A stretch of DNA of 63,863 nucleotides, the filler included, from Ministeria vibrans ATCC 50519 (lineage: Eukaryota; Protista; Filasterea), in NCBI GenBank assembly GCA_943704425.1. It is 6 parts of 6 records of this genome, joined end to end, with 100 filler letters (N's around TTAATTAATTAA, not from the genome) between each part and the next. Parts side by side here need not be neighbours in the genome. Positions count along the whole stretch, not along the records: positions 29,424 to 61,054 come from CALSCP010002290.1; 5 more parts are not named here. The stretch is one strand, 5' to 3'. Numbering within the stretch: position 1 is the stretch's first letter; each line of letters begins with the position of its first letter. A program made the position numbers and the translations under genes. Positions 41,264 through 54,004 of this stretch are shown here, piece after piece. The notes below the pieces were generated by a model. It worked only from the letters and a program-made list of their open reading frames with translations. It ran no database searches and was not told the origin of the DNA.

Positions 41264-44200
41264 TTACATTGAGCGACAGTACTCGGGCAAACGATCGCAT
41301 TCAATGGCGCGTAGGGCACGGCCCAGATAGGTAACGGTGCCAAACTGACCAGATGGGGCGGTGTCAAAGAAACGAGCAAAAGAAGTAGCGGAGGCGACAG
41401 CAAGTGGGTTGCGGGCGACAGCCGTGTCACTGTCGGGGCAAACATCGTTGTTGATATCGAGCTCAAAGAGACGTACTGCGACACGAACAATCTCGTCGAG
41501 GTTCAACACACCCTCGTGTGACCAGGTGGGCTCGCTCTCGAGAAGCATCGACACAACCGAGAGAGCCTCCACCACAAGCTGGCGCATTTCGGGGACAAGC
41601 ACACACGCGAGCATTTCGTCGACGCGCTCAGCAAACTTAATCTCGCTCTCGGTCATGTCCTGCACGGTCGGGTAGGCGGGCAGCAGGTGGCTGTGGGTAC
41701 TCATGCCACTCGGACAGCATTCAAGGACATGCCAGACACGCTGATAGAACCGTGCCGGCGAGCGGTTGAGGGTGCCGTCAAGCCGTCGCCGACGCAGCCA
41801 CTGGCCCGTGCGACTGGGACGCGAGGAGACAATTACGGACGACTCTTCGCGCAACAGACCTTCGCCATCACTTAGCGAGTTGCGGACCCGTAAAAAGGCA
41901 CCGGTAGGTGCGGCCAAGTTGGATGGGTTCACATTGACCGCAGACACCTCTGTGACGAGCGTCGTCGTTCCAACCTCTTGCGTCACGCCCTCCACCTCGA
42001 TTCGCGCACCGCCCGCATCGGCGTTGTCAATATCGGGGTCGTCTTCGCCGTCCTCTTCTTCGACAAGCATAGAGACTTCGCGTCCGTTATCCTCGTGAAT
42101 CAACGGAGCAATAGGGGTCATGACGATGCTCGAGCGAGGCCGCTTCGACATGAACTGTCGATGGGGGTTCGACGCTGCACTGCTGTGGAAGCTCTTGAGC
42201 GTCGCAATGGCTGCCTCTTCCTCGGCCTTGCTGTCGCCCGCACTTGTTTCCTCCTCCTCCTTGCCGCTCAGCACGCGGTACAGGAGATTTTTGACAACAA
42301 AGGGACCGAGCGACATAAGACGCTCCGCTGCAAGCTCAAGGCTTACGGCCTCGTCGGCGGCATACGAGAGGAGTCCCGGAGAAAGACCCGAGACGGCAGT
42401 GGAGCCCGTAAAAAGCGCGTCGCCCGCTTCGTCCTTACCCAACGATGAAGAGGCGCCTCCGTGAGCAGCTGCGTCGTTCATGCGACGTGTGCATGTTTCA
42501 AGGGCGATCGATGAAAGCTCTTGACAGAGACCGCGAATGATGAGTCCAATGCGCAGACGCGACATGTCCTCGAAGAGTACTGGCTCAATGCGGATCATCA
42601 TTTGCAAGTAGGCCATAATTTCCATGGTGAGCACGGCAGTGCTGACGTCCTCGTTGTACGTGTCGTAGATGAGGCGCGAGATGTCTTCGGGCGCAAGTGG
42701 ACGGTCAATGATGATCTCGCGGGGAGGCAGGCCAATGCTGACACGCTTCTGGCGCAGCAGCAGGTACGACAGTGACTGGGCAATGTTATCCTCCCACATT
42801 TGCAGGAGACCAGCGCTGTGGCGCACCAGCGACCAGAGTCGCATGCGTCCCACTTTGGTGTATATTTCACGAATGAGCTGGGAAACTGTGCCGAGTTCGG
42901 TGCGGTGGTCGAGGCCCACGGTGGCCACCAGGGTGTGGAGCACGTCAAGTTGCTCCTGTAGGGTGGTTGCCGCACGCAGCTTGGCCATGTGATCCGCAGG
43001 CTGCAGCTGCGACAGATCACGCGCGCTCGCTGACGTGCGCATGCCCCCAAGCGTTTGTGCCTGCGGAGGCGGTGCGCCCATGACGGATGACGCGAGAGTC
43101 ACGTGCGATTGTCCCGTGTTCCAGCCGCGTGCTCGTTCGGCAACGCGCGACGCAAGCACCACGCCATGGTGTGAATCGTGTGTAAAGCTGGCAGAGGAGC
43201 TGTTGGCCAGTCGCAAGTGCAGGTTGTAGTTAGTCGACGAGCTGGTGATGAGACCGCGAGGCTGCGGCGACGGGGGCAAAAGGGCGGCGGCAGCGGCGGC
43301 GGTGGTGGTGAGGGGCTCTTCATTGTCAGTGTTGCTGTTGCTGTTGCTGTTGTTGTCGTCGTCGGAGGAGGATGAGACAGATATTTTAACAATGGCCGAC
43401 TGGATGTGCTTGTCGAGCTGGTCCGCAACGAGCTCTGTATGGTGGGGATCAAACTCAAGGCGACAAGACTCGCTGTCGGGAGTGTTGGAGACGGCGGAGG
43501 TGGGATCGGCGGAGAAGATAGGTTCGGTGGGAGGAGTAGGGTTGTTGTTGTGGGTGGGTTGGGAGTGGGGCTGGGAATCGGAGGAAGGGAGTGGCGCAGT
43601 GGTAGAAATGGTAGGGAGGACGAGAGACGGATCGTCGAGAAAGGCAAGGTACTCGGTGCACGACGTGTTGGTCATGTCGTGGTAGCGGCCCATTTGGACG
43701 CGCACACCGTTGCACGAGCCGCTCTGAAGTTGCAAGAGGAGCAGGCGAAGGGCGCGCGAGCCGTGAAGTAGAGACTCAGTTGTAATGGGAATGGTGAGGG
43801 TCGGGCGGCCAATTTCGCGCCAGTGGGAGCGCATAAAAGACAGATGGGATTTGATGTTGTCAAGCATAAGGTCAATGTCGAGGGAGAGGTAGAAGGAGCG
43901 GTCGTCAAGGAAGGTAGGGATGAAGGCGTGCTGTACGCCGCGCACGACGTACAGTTTGCTGGTGGCAAGGGAGCCAATGGTTTCGGAGGGACGGCCCGTC
44001 AGGCCCAGCTGGGCATTGGCCCCCAGGTAGTTGTACAGTGTCATGAGATGGCGTGCGCGACCAATAATAAGCGGGGCGGCTGTGTCGCGCGTCTCAAAGG
44101 GAAGCTCAAGCTCGCGCAAGTGCGACTCGGCGGACGTGTCCTGTGCGAGCAGAACAACCTGCACAACCGGATCAAAGCGGGGCGCGCACAGCTGGCGACG

Positions 44201-45578
44201 TCGATTGAGCGGATCGAGCTCGCCGGGAGCAACAAGACGGTCGACGAGAAGACGAGACATGACGTAGAGACCCTGAGCCCAGAGCATGTTGTGGATGGCG
44301 CCGCAGACACGTGTCTGCGAGTGGGGGTGCTCCTTCTCGGCGGCCACTGCGTCGTGCGGCACGTAGTAAAGTTCGGGGACGGTGGGCGATACCGGATTGT
44401 CGTGCACCAAGACCGCCTGGAGGGCCGCGTCGATGGCAAGGACCTCGGGTGCGGAAGGGTCGTCGTCGTGGTGGAAGAGACGGTCGAGCAGACGAAAGAT
44501 GTAGAAGACGGGCCACTGGCACTCGATACCTTCGAAGACACGCAGCTCGGCCGGCTCGTAGTGTAATCGTGCACGATCCTCGAGCACCGTCATGTAGCCG
44601 TCGCGCAGAAAGCGACAGTAGCCATAACGACCGCTCAGTTTCTTCTCGACGCGCTGTTGTGTGTGCGTGACGAGCAGCTCGTCTTCGACGGCAAACGCCG
44701 GAAAGCCCGCCACGGTGAGCAGACTCGCGTCAATTTCCTTGCTCTTGCTGCCACGGGGCAAGAGCGAACTCAACATGATCTGATTACGTCGAATTTCGTC
44801 GGGCAGCACATGAATGGTGGAAGCAGGTCCTCCGGCGGCGCCAAACAGATTGATGCCAGCGATGCTTTCCAGTGCCGCCTTGGCCATGCCAATGGAGCTG
44901 GCGTTCAGTTCGGTCTCACCGCGGTTGGCCTTGTCGCCGCGCTCCCAGATGCCGTAGTCGGGCGTGCGGTAGGCGACCTGGATGTAGAAGACGAGGTTTT
45001 GCACGAAGGCAACCTCGTTGAGGTTAAAGATGATGTGCACGCCGGTGACGGTCATTTGCGCAAGCATGAGAAGGTACAAAGAGGTAGCATCGATCTGCAA
45101 GTGGCCCCAGCCGTCGTCGGTGACGCACGTATTGCCTGTGGCCAAATCGAATTTGGCGTGGAGTGCGTCCGCCGGATTCTGCGTGTGCTTGAAACGCGAC
45201 ACCTTGTGCGACTGGCGCATCATGGAGACCAGCAGAGCACGCATGGTTTTGACAACGCGCTGCACGAACAAGAGAGGCAAGGACGGGGTCAGTCAGGGCG
45301 AGCGAGCAGGCAACGCGCGCGCTACCTTTTCCAATTCGTAGGCGCGCGCAGGATTGGCGCCCGTCTTCTTGTACGCCAGTGACATGGCCCAGACGGCGCA
45401 CACGGTGTAGACATTGTCGCGGACCCACGCGTCGCGAATGCCGGGGCTCGGAGGGAAGAGACCGCTCACGGGATGCTGCAAAACGATCGTCAGGCGAGAT
45501 GGCCCTTCGTTCCCTGCGCCTCACCTGGTATTTGAGGATCGTCGAGTGCAGCAAGTCATAGTGGTCGTCGAGCTTCAT
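41264..45578 (-). CDS. PHKA: Phosphorylase kinase regulatory subunit (alpha-like)
   Basis: ILKYQ|HPVSGLFP..AWVRDNVY, WGHLQIDATSLYLL, PDYGIWERGDK, FLRDGY, FEGIECQWP, GQWLRRRRLDG.LNR and a C-terminal CaaX (CRSM). Confidence 0.92.
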
Positions 45579-46036
45579 GCGCAATAATAATTTGTTAAAT
45601 GTTAATACTTAATCTTGGTCACTTTAATACGATGCGTTCATGAATTCAACATAATTATATTAATATGATAAGTGAGTGAAAATGGTTGGAGGAACACACA
45701 TGACACTGTGCAGTGTGCACAGCAGACGGATCGCTTTGGACAGTTTGGTGCACCATTGTAGCATCCTTCAGACACTATGTGTCAGAGAACGAAATACAAC
45801 CCATTCATTCATACAACAATAAATAAATAAACAGAGAATCGAGATCTGTACTCAGTGTAAAAATATAATAATAATAGTTAGTATAATAAAATTGTTATTA
45901 ATATTAGTTGCATTAAAATAGGCAAAACGAAGTGTACAAAATTTAATAATTTGTTTCCTTGTAATAATGAAAATATAATAATTTTGGAAAATTTAATATT
46001 GACAGGATTGAATATTGAGCTCGCTCATTAGTCCAC

Positions 46037-47110
46037 TCACTTGTCATATTGATTTTTCCATTGGGCGTGACACTCTTCAATGATTCCCACGGCGTAATCC
46101 TAAAACACATTAAATGAAGAAAGTAGTTTAAGACGTAAAGAGAAATCATTCTTTGTGAGACTTACGCGATCCTTGGCCCCCCGAAAAGCAAACTCATTCT
46201 CCGGCTTGCCCTCGGCCGTCTTGTACATGCGATACCAATGAGTGATGCTCTCAAGCGTACTCTCGCTTACATCGCCGATATCTATCGTCCACAGTGAGAA
46301 GGTCTCTGTTCTATCACTCTATCACTCTGTTTCTCTCTCAATATCACTTTGTTTCAGCCCATCTTTCTCTCTGTGTCTCTCTGTCTCTGTGTCTCTCTGT
46401 GTCTCTGTGTGTCTCTGTGTCTCTCTCTCTGTCGTACCATTGTACTTGGCTGCATCGCTGTCGTCTCCGTTGATTCCAATTAATTTCCAATCACATTCAT
46501 TCTGATCAATAAGACCAACGACACCCAAAATCTTCAACTGCCAACACGATACAAAACACGAAAAAAAAGAAATGAAATAAAAAAGAGGTGATGATGGAAG
46601 TGAACTTACGGGAATGATTTCGCCGACAGTAAGCACCTTTGAACCAATGTCAATGGCATCAAGAGGATCGCCGTCGCCGTAGAAGCCGACGTTTTCGGAG
46701 AGGATGGTAGGATCTTCCCAGGTGCGGGGGAGGGCACCGTAGTTGTGGAGCACGGGGCCGTAGAGGATGTCGCGAAGGGAGCCGTTGTCGTTTCGGTCCT
46801 GGACGATTGGGTTGTGCTGGTCGTCGACGCTGATTTCGAGCTTGGCGGTCGTGCCACGGGGCATTTCGTTGACAAACCAGACGGTGGCGGGCCGCGCGAC
46901 GAAGAGGGGGATGTCGTGCCAGGGAGAGATGGGCAAGTCGTCGTTTTTGTCTTTGAAGTAGATGCGCTTTTCCTCGTTGCCCAGTGTGTGGAGGAAGGGC
47001 ACAACGCGGTGCGGGATGACGTCCCTTCGTGTTCGCGACACGTAGTGGATACCAGCGCGCTGAGACGAAGTCACAAAGCGGCGGGAAGCAAAAGCGACCA
47101 GAGTGAGCAT
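46037..47110 (-). CDS. Soluble inorganic pyrophosphatase, probably mitochondrial-targeted; multi-exon
   Basis: ISPWHDIPL, EMPRGTTAKLEI, NPIVQD, NYGALPRTWEDP, GDGDPLDAIDIG, IDQNECDWK and WYRMYKTAEGKPEN. Arg/Ser-rich N-terminus. Confidence 0.93.
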
Positions 47111-47612
47111 AAGAGAAACAACAATGATTAGAATTTCGAAAAAATATAGCCTATAGGTTTGTTTGTTTTGACATTGAGTACAGCTCTTGATTCTCTATTT
47201 ATTTGTCCTAATAATGATGGTGTACAGCTCTCTCCAAATTCTTTGAATTGTTTGTATTTGCCGCGAGAGCTGAATATGAATATGGCTCTTCTTGCGACTT
47301 AGTAGCCGCATTTTATTGTGTATTGTGTCTTCTACTTGAGTCTATTTATTCTACTAAAGAATTTAGATAAGTTCAAGACAGATAGTGTTAATGAAGTGTT
47401 AATTCAGTCAAAATAGGAATAAGTGACGAAGATTCAAATGAAATTCAGATTCAAGAAATTTTTATTATTATTATATAACTCGACTAATGATTGCGCCTCG
47501 TATTGTTTGGAATAGTCTAATGATTATTATTATTATAATAATGAATTATTAAGTCTTTTTATTATTATAATCTAAGTCTATAGTATTGTTTTTCTCGTGT
47601 TCCAAGATGAAT

Positions 47613-49711
47613 TTAAAACTGAATAAGACTATCTGTCGTGGGCATCGGCTGTTGTGGTAACTGTTGCTGAACGGGAGGGTGAGCCTGTCGCTGGGCGGTA
47701 GGCGGACTCAGAACACCCACGGCAACGCGAGGAGCGGGGGGTGAGCCAAGAGCCTTGAAGGGATCCGCCGCCGCTGTCGTTGTTGTTGCGGCCGTAGCAA
47801 CGGTGCTGGCAGAGGAAAGACCGGTGCTAGAGGGAATTGGCTAATGTGTCCATGGCGAGAAGGGAGAGTAAAAAAAAAACAATTAGGCTGTGGTGAAGCA
47901 GAAGAGTGAGCTGAAGTGTACCGAGCGGGACGACGCGAGCGCATCAAATGCAGAGGCAAAGGGATCGTCATCCTACAAAGTAGTCATGGAGTCAGAATGA
48001 GAGGTTTGAGTCAGGGAGGGAGAAACCTGAGACGGAGGTTTAGCGGCGGACTGTTTTTGTCGATTTGGGTTTGAGTGTGAGCGCATGCGCTGCATTTCGG
48101 GAACAGTGGACGCGACCAGGGTCATTTCCGCCTGTGTCGATGCCGTCTTACTAATAGATAGCAAGAAAAAGTGAGAGAGAAAAGAAAAGAAGTAAGAAAG
48201 AAAGAACGAGGAAAAGAAACAAAGTGTTAGAGAGAGAGAGAGAAACGGAAGAGAAACATGCGATGAAGAGAGAGAGGAGAGAGAAACAACGTGATAGAGA
48301 ATGGTCAGTGCAGAATAAACGAGAAAGAAACAAAGTGAAAGACAGGCGTGTGTGAGTGAGCGGATAAATGGGTGGACTGGCGCTTGAAAAGGGTACCTTT
48401 TCAAACCCGCAATGTCATCAGTGGTAAACGATGGTTGACGTTTAATCTGCAGGAAAGAAATGAGTGACACACACACACACACAATAGAAACACACTGAAC
48501 ACAGTCACAGTCACAGTCACAGTCACAGTCACAGTCACAGTCACAGTCACAGTCACAGTCACACATACTGGCGAGCGCGGTTGAACAGGAGGAGGCGATG
48601 CCTTGGGTTTCTCAAGGGGTTTGCGCTCGGCATTACGTCGGTTGCGTTCGTTGCGCATGCGAAACGCTTCGTCAAATGCCTGGCACATTGTGCGATGGAT
48701 AACCTTGGCCTAAAGAGATTAGAAAAAAATGCGTTCGGTGAGCGCTCCAGCAAAGCCATAAGGGAGAAACATAGAAGCAAAGCCATAAGAGAGAAAGATA
48801 GATAGAGAGAGAAAACACACCTCAGGTTTAAACGCAAAGACATGTGCGTGGAACTGGTCTGACGCACTGTGGTACACAACATACGAGATGATCTCCTTGT
48901 TCTCTTTGGTGAGGTCGTGCGCACACTGTGAAATGCGATTGATCTTATGCTCATCGAGAATGTGCTGCAATGGGCAATGTCACGCGCGAGCGAGACGCTG
49001 TTAATATGGCGGAGTCACAGACATACACATACACTCCCAGATGTACCTTTGACTGTTCGTCGAGAAGTTTCACTCCGTCCACCGATATGACAAGAAAGAG
49101 CGACTTCTTCTTTGCGCTCTTTGCGTGTTCAGCCTGCATGGAAGAGCAACACGGGTGAGTGGCGGGGGAAGACAACCGCACACGTACCCCCAGCTCCCTG
49201 ATGGCGTCCACCGTTGCGCGCTGCTGCTCCCGGGTGTCTTTGGGGACCACCTTGTAGCCCAGATGCTAAGGAGATGCTCAGTCCATGCTCAGGAGAAGCG
49301 CCTCACGTCGCCCCGGAGACGCATCTCGCCCCCGCACGTACCTTCACTTTGAACGTGACGCCCGTCGCACGCAGCTGGTGAAGGTGTTCGACCGACTGGC
49401 GTCGCTGCAGTTCTGCACGATGAAAGAACGAAAAAAACAAACAAACATTGAGTTGTCGCTGGAAATGGCGAGCAGGCCAAGGAGCGGAGACACGGCAATA
49501 GGACAGCATGTGCAATGAGCACACTAGCATCGGCAATGTGGTCGGTGATGGAGGCCAGGAGAGGCCAGAGCGACCTTCTTACGTCCGTAATGCTTTCCAA
49601 AGGAGATTCTACGAGAAGGACATCGACAACGACACGCAGAGAGACAGAGACAGAGAGGGACACAGGTAAGTAAGATGGGAAGGAGGGAGGAAGACGTGCG
49701 GACTTTTCCAT
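47613..49711 (-). CDS. PTB-domain adaptor (GULP/Numb/Dab-like) with a Pro-rich tail; start uncertain
   Basis: GVTFKVK|HLGYKVV, LFLVISVDGVKLLD, HKINRISQCAHD, HAHVFAF and TMCQAFDEAF. Ends DSLIQF*. Confidence 0.78.
48502..48562. repeat. (GTCACA)n hexamer repeat (intronic)
   Basis: About 10 perfect tandem units. Confidence 0.95.
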
Positions 49712-49897
49712 GTCTGGAGAGGCGCAGGCGAGGAGACGAGAGAGCGTCGAGGAGAGATGCCAATAATTGCTCAAAAAAAAAAGTAGTGACAATTAGCTCT
49801 TGGATTCTCTATTTATTTTTCTGAATAATAATAATAATATTATTAATTATAATTAATTTAGTGTGCAATATTATTATGCTTTCAGATGATTTTCATG

Positions 49898-51583
49898 TTA
49901 CAGATCAAAGACATTGAGAGGTAGATAAAATTGGAGGCGGCGGGGCAGGACGCGGACGCGAATGGAGGCGGCGGGAAAGAGTTCGCCGTCAATGCTGAGG
50001 TGCGGCTCACGATCGTCGCGACCGTCGGTGCGCGACGGGAGGGAGAGTGTCACTGACTGACACGCCTCGATCGAGGCCAGCGATGGAGGCAGCGGCAAGG
50101 CTCGCCAGAGATGGTGCGCGAGCGAGAGCAGTTGTACACGCGATAGTGGTGGAATGACCACCAATTTGAGTTCGGCGTCCGAGACAGAATTTTCGTCGTC
50201 AGAGTGGAAGAGTGGGTAACGATGTGAAAAGCCACTCGACTGAACAATGGAGAGCTGTGTAAAAGGGACGGTGCGCGTCGGGCCATCATTCGGGTTGGTC
50301 TCCAGTGCGTGGTCCGAGGCAAGCGAAGACGGCAACGGGGCGCTGTCAGTTGTCGACCAGACGGAATCGAGCGCGCGGCGGAATAGGGATGGGCTTGAGA
50401 TGGCCGCCTCTGCGCCACTCGACGGCTGTGCAGTGGGGTCGAGTGGACTTGGCCGTGGCGCAATTATATCATCGTCGGTAGGCATTGCACCAAGACTGGG
50501 CGTGTGTGCGACTTGCGCTACAAACGTAGGCACACCCTTGAGAGAGAGGAGTCCCGACAGAACGGGACGCTCGTAGCGCAGTCGACCGCGTAAAAAGCCC
50601 ATGTTGAGCAGGGCGGGGGAGCAAAACATGCCAGCACTCACGTGTGAGACCGAATAAACACGCTTTCCCTCGTCCACTCGGTGCAATAGTCTCATTTGAG
50701 CCTCCACATCGTTTTGTTCGCGGGCACGTTCGCGCAAAGCCTCCACGTCTTCTCCATCGACACTCTCACCGAGCGATGTTACCTCAAGCACGTCGACACG
50801 ACGGCGATGCTCCAGAATCATACCAAGCACAATATCGCTAGGGGGCACGTACGATGTGCACAGGCGCATGAGAGAGTGAAAGAAGGTGTTTTCGCGACCG
50901 GTCGGGATCACCGCGATGGGCGGCAGTCGGTTGTTGTCTTCGCGTCGCATCAGTCCCGTGACCAGCGCCTGCACAAGACCGTCACCACCAATCACAAGAA
51001 TGCTGTCACCGGGACGAAACTGAAGCAGGCTCGCGCGGTCTTTCACCTGCTCATCCGAGTCGGTCTGCCAAGAGAGAGAGAAAAAAAAATGATGATGATG
51101 ACTTCCGAGTCAGTCGCTCACACAACTTCCCGCTTGGCCTTACAACTGTGATTCCGTAGTCAATGCCCGCCAGTAGAAGGGCGGGTTCGACGTCACGCTC
51201 GATGGCAGTGCGCGCGGCGCGAGTGGATCGGTTGACAAAGATGCTAATGCGCCGTGGAGTGTGGCTGGCAGTCGCGCGCTGCGCCCCCAGTTTCTACACG
51301 ATAAAACAGCAAACAGGAGGCGCGTGAGGCAAGGCGGTAACATCAAAGACCAAAAGGGAACGGGTAGACGATCGGACGGGCCGTTAGATGGCACATGAAG
51401 GAAAGGTGAGTAGTCTTGCACGAGACGACCGATTTTCTTCACCTGTGCAATCCGCCCAACTTGACGGCGCCGCTCATTCGTCTCCACGGACTCTTTAAAG
51501 CGCCATGCTGCATAGGGAACGGCGACGGCAAGAAACGCCGAAAGTTTGGGACGAGTTTTGACAAAGTTGTACGCGAACGCCAT
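49898..51583 (-). CDS. AGK: Acylglycerol kinase-like (DAGK/sphingosine kinase family), multi-exon
   Basis: N-terminal TM anchor, VEPALLLAGID, ILVIGGDGLVQALVTGLMRR, IAVIPTGRENTF and SIDGELF. Confidence 0.78.
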
Positions 51584-52090
51584 CAGAGAGAGTTGTATCG
51601 GAGCGATCGAGCCTTGGCCCAGATAACACAAAGCCAAGGGGCACTTGGATGGACGCGTTCAAGTTGAATAAAAATTAAAAGGTGTCAATTAATCATCTTC
51701 TGGCGCTACCACCATGCGCTCGGTTCAGATTCGCTCGCGACTAAGAACTCAACAACCAATCAAATGTCAAATACTTTGGTAACTTGCTCGCTCGTGCGGC
51801 ACTTGTGCTCCTCAAAAAGCGCGTGCATGTCGTACTATGCGCCGCGAGCACGCTGTGACATCGGAACAACATTGGATCTTTCTTGAATGCCCGCAACTTC
51901 CCCGCAACATGGTGCACTCGAAGTGTACTAGCTAGTCGGAAGAATTGAAAGACGCACAATCATAACCTAAGCTACTCCTTACTTGAGCAAATGAGCGTGA
52001 TATAAAGCGATCTTTTTATGATTGCATCCCTGACGAGGCTAGAGTGCTGCGGCAAAGCAATCAGTATTAATTCTTGGTTTTACTCCCACA

Positions 52091-52603
52091 TTACGCGCCA
52101 ACGTCAACACACTGGACCGAGAGGAGTGTACACGTGATGTCGCCTTGTGTGTGAGAGGCACCAACGTCAAGATAACAGCTACCCGACTCGCAGGTGAACA
52201 CGCCACAGGTGGGGGAGTCGTTAGCGTACGCGCTGGCGTAGACGACAAGGTTGTTTGCGGAATTTTTCACACCCTGGCGTGCATAACCGCCTCCATCAAA
52301 ACCGGAATAGTCCAGGTGGACAAAGTAGAAGTTGGTTGAAAGCTCTTGAATGCTCTGGACCGAGTAGCGGACCGACTCGCCGGTGTTTCCAACGCCGGCC
52401 GTAACGACACCGCCGGTGCAGCTGAGGAGGATATGTTTTTTTCATGATCAGTATAAATTAATTAGGTGGCCAGAATGTATGATTGTGTCACATAGCAAAC
52501 TGGTACAGATTAGGACTTACTAGAGATCGGCGCGGACGCGCAAAAAGGCGGCATTTGCCAATGTGAGCGAGAGAGCAAGAACGGCGAAACGAAGAAGAGA
52601 CAT
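52091..52603 (-). CDS. Small secreted Cys-containing orphan protein (137 aa, 2 exons)
   Basis: Signal peptide MSLLRFAVLALSLTLANA. Intron 52422-52520 (GTAAGT..CAG) joins an in-frame exon ending ...SPTCGVFTCESGSCYLDVGASHTQGDITCTLLSVQCVDVGA*. Confidence 0.7.
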
Positions 52604-54004
52604 TTCTATAATAACAAACATCGCTTTGTTATTCACCACACTTACAATGAATAATACACGTCTCGACTCTAGTGAGTTGCGACTTGCAACTCGTCGATTA
52701 GCACTCGCCACTCATGATCATCCACTCTCAGCTCTCTCGGGTGTCACGCCGAGCGCATTCAAATCGAAAACAAAACAATTCCAAAACAAATATTGGACCC
52801 CTCATTGAGACACGGACGGAATTGACACAGTCGCTCTCGGAAGGAGCGTGGGTTGTGAGCCACGTTGAATGAAATAAAATGACGTTGATCATGATGCCTA
52901 ATGGAAACGCAGCTGTGCGCAAACGCGTGGTTGCGACAATGACGCTGAAATGACGCTCAGACAAAAAAAAAAAAAAAAAAGAGACACACCTCACTTGTAA
53001 CGCTCATATACATAGAAGCAAAGAGCACACCGTATTACGGTATATATTGTGCAAGAGGGGCAGTAGACTGCGTACTGACACAGCTGGACCGTCAATTGGG
53101 TCTCGGAAAGACGTTTTTAAAGAGTCAAAGGATTCGGAGTTCACGGACGTCTGTTTGCTTCTCGCCCCGGAAAACTCGCACTTTCGTCCCTTTCATGCGC
53201 ATGCTTATAGCTTAGTGCAGCACTTTCAACAAAGCACAAGCGGTTCTTTGGATTTCGTTGGGTACCAGCTGCTACATCTCGTGCAGTAAAAGGACGCCAA
53301 AACACAACAATTCATTATTCCATTACGAGCGAAGCTAGCGATTATGCTGTGCTGGTACACTTCACTGCACTATGTCACGACTCAGCAAACGTACAAGTAC
53401 GTCGGCGCCAAAAGCATGAAGTGACTTACCCTTGGGGGCGGGATGAGATGAATAAAAATAATAATGCCTAAGAATAAATTTCGAATAAATTTGTTTGAAA
53501 AAGAAGAATTAATATTGGTGCACCACTGATAAGTAATTGTCAACAGACAACGAGACCATATACAGTTTATACCACACCAATGCACAGCCAGACCCGCAGA
53601 CCGCCCTTAAAATCGAAATTCGAGAAAAACGAAAGAAAAACAACAATAATGTTCCAATATTATAATAATAATAAGCTGGTGCGACGGCCGACACGCTGAA
53701 GTGTCGGGCGGGCGCAACCATCCCTTAACCCTAACCCAGAAGATACGCAAGAAACGACAAAGAGAGGTTGTTTTGATTTGTACGACAAGGGATTATTTCC
53801 GGATATTAGTTCATTATGCTCATATCCAACAACACGCGTTATTGTGATAATTGCACACAAAGAAGAAATGATAGAACATCGTGTTGCACTTGGTTGGATA
53901 GTATATCTCTGTGTGTATAAACTGATTACAGATTATGTTGATGTTGTTGAATTGTTTGTTGATCGCAGTTTATCAAAACGTTAAAACGAGTGTTCACACA
54001 TAAA

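Noticed and set aside
53047-53289. 80-aa ORF in the spacer before the NLR-like gene
   Set aside because: No ATG start or motif; it cannot be supported as a gene.
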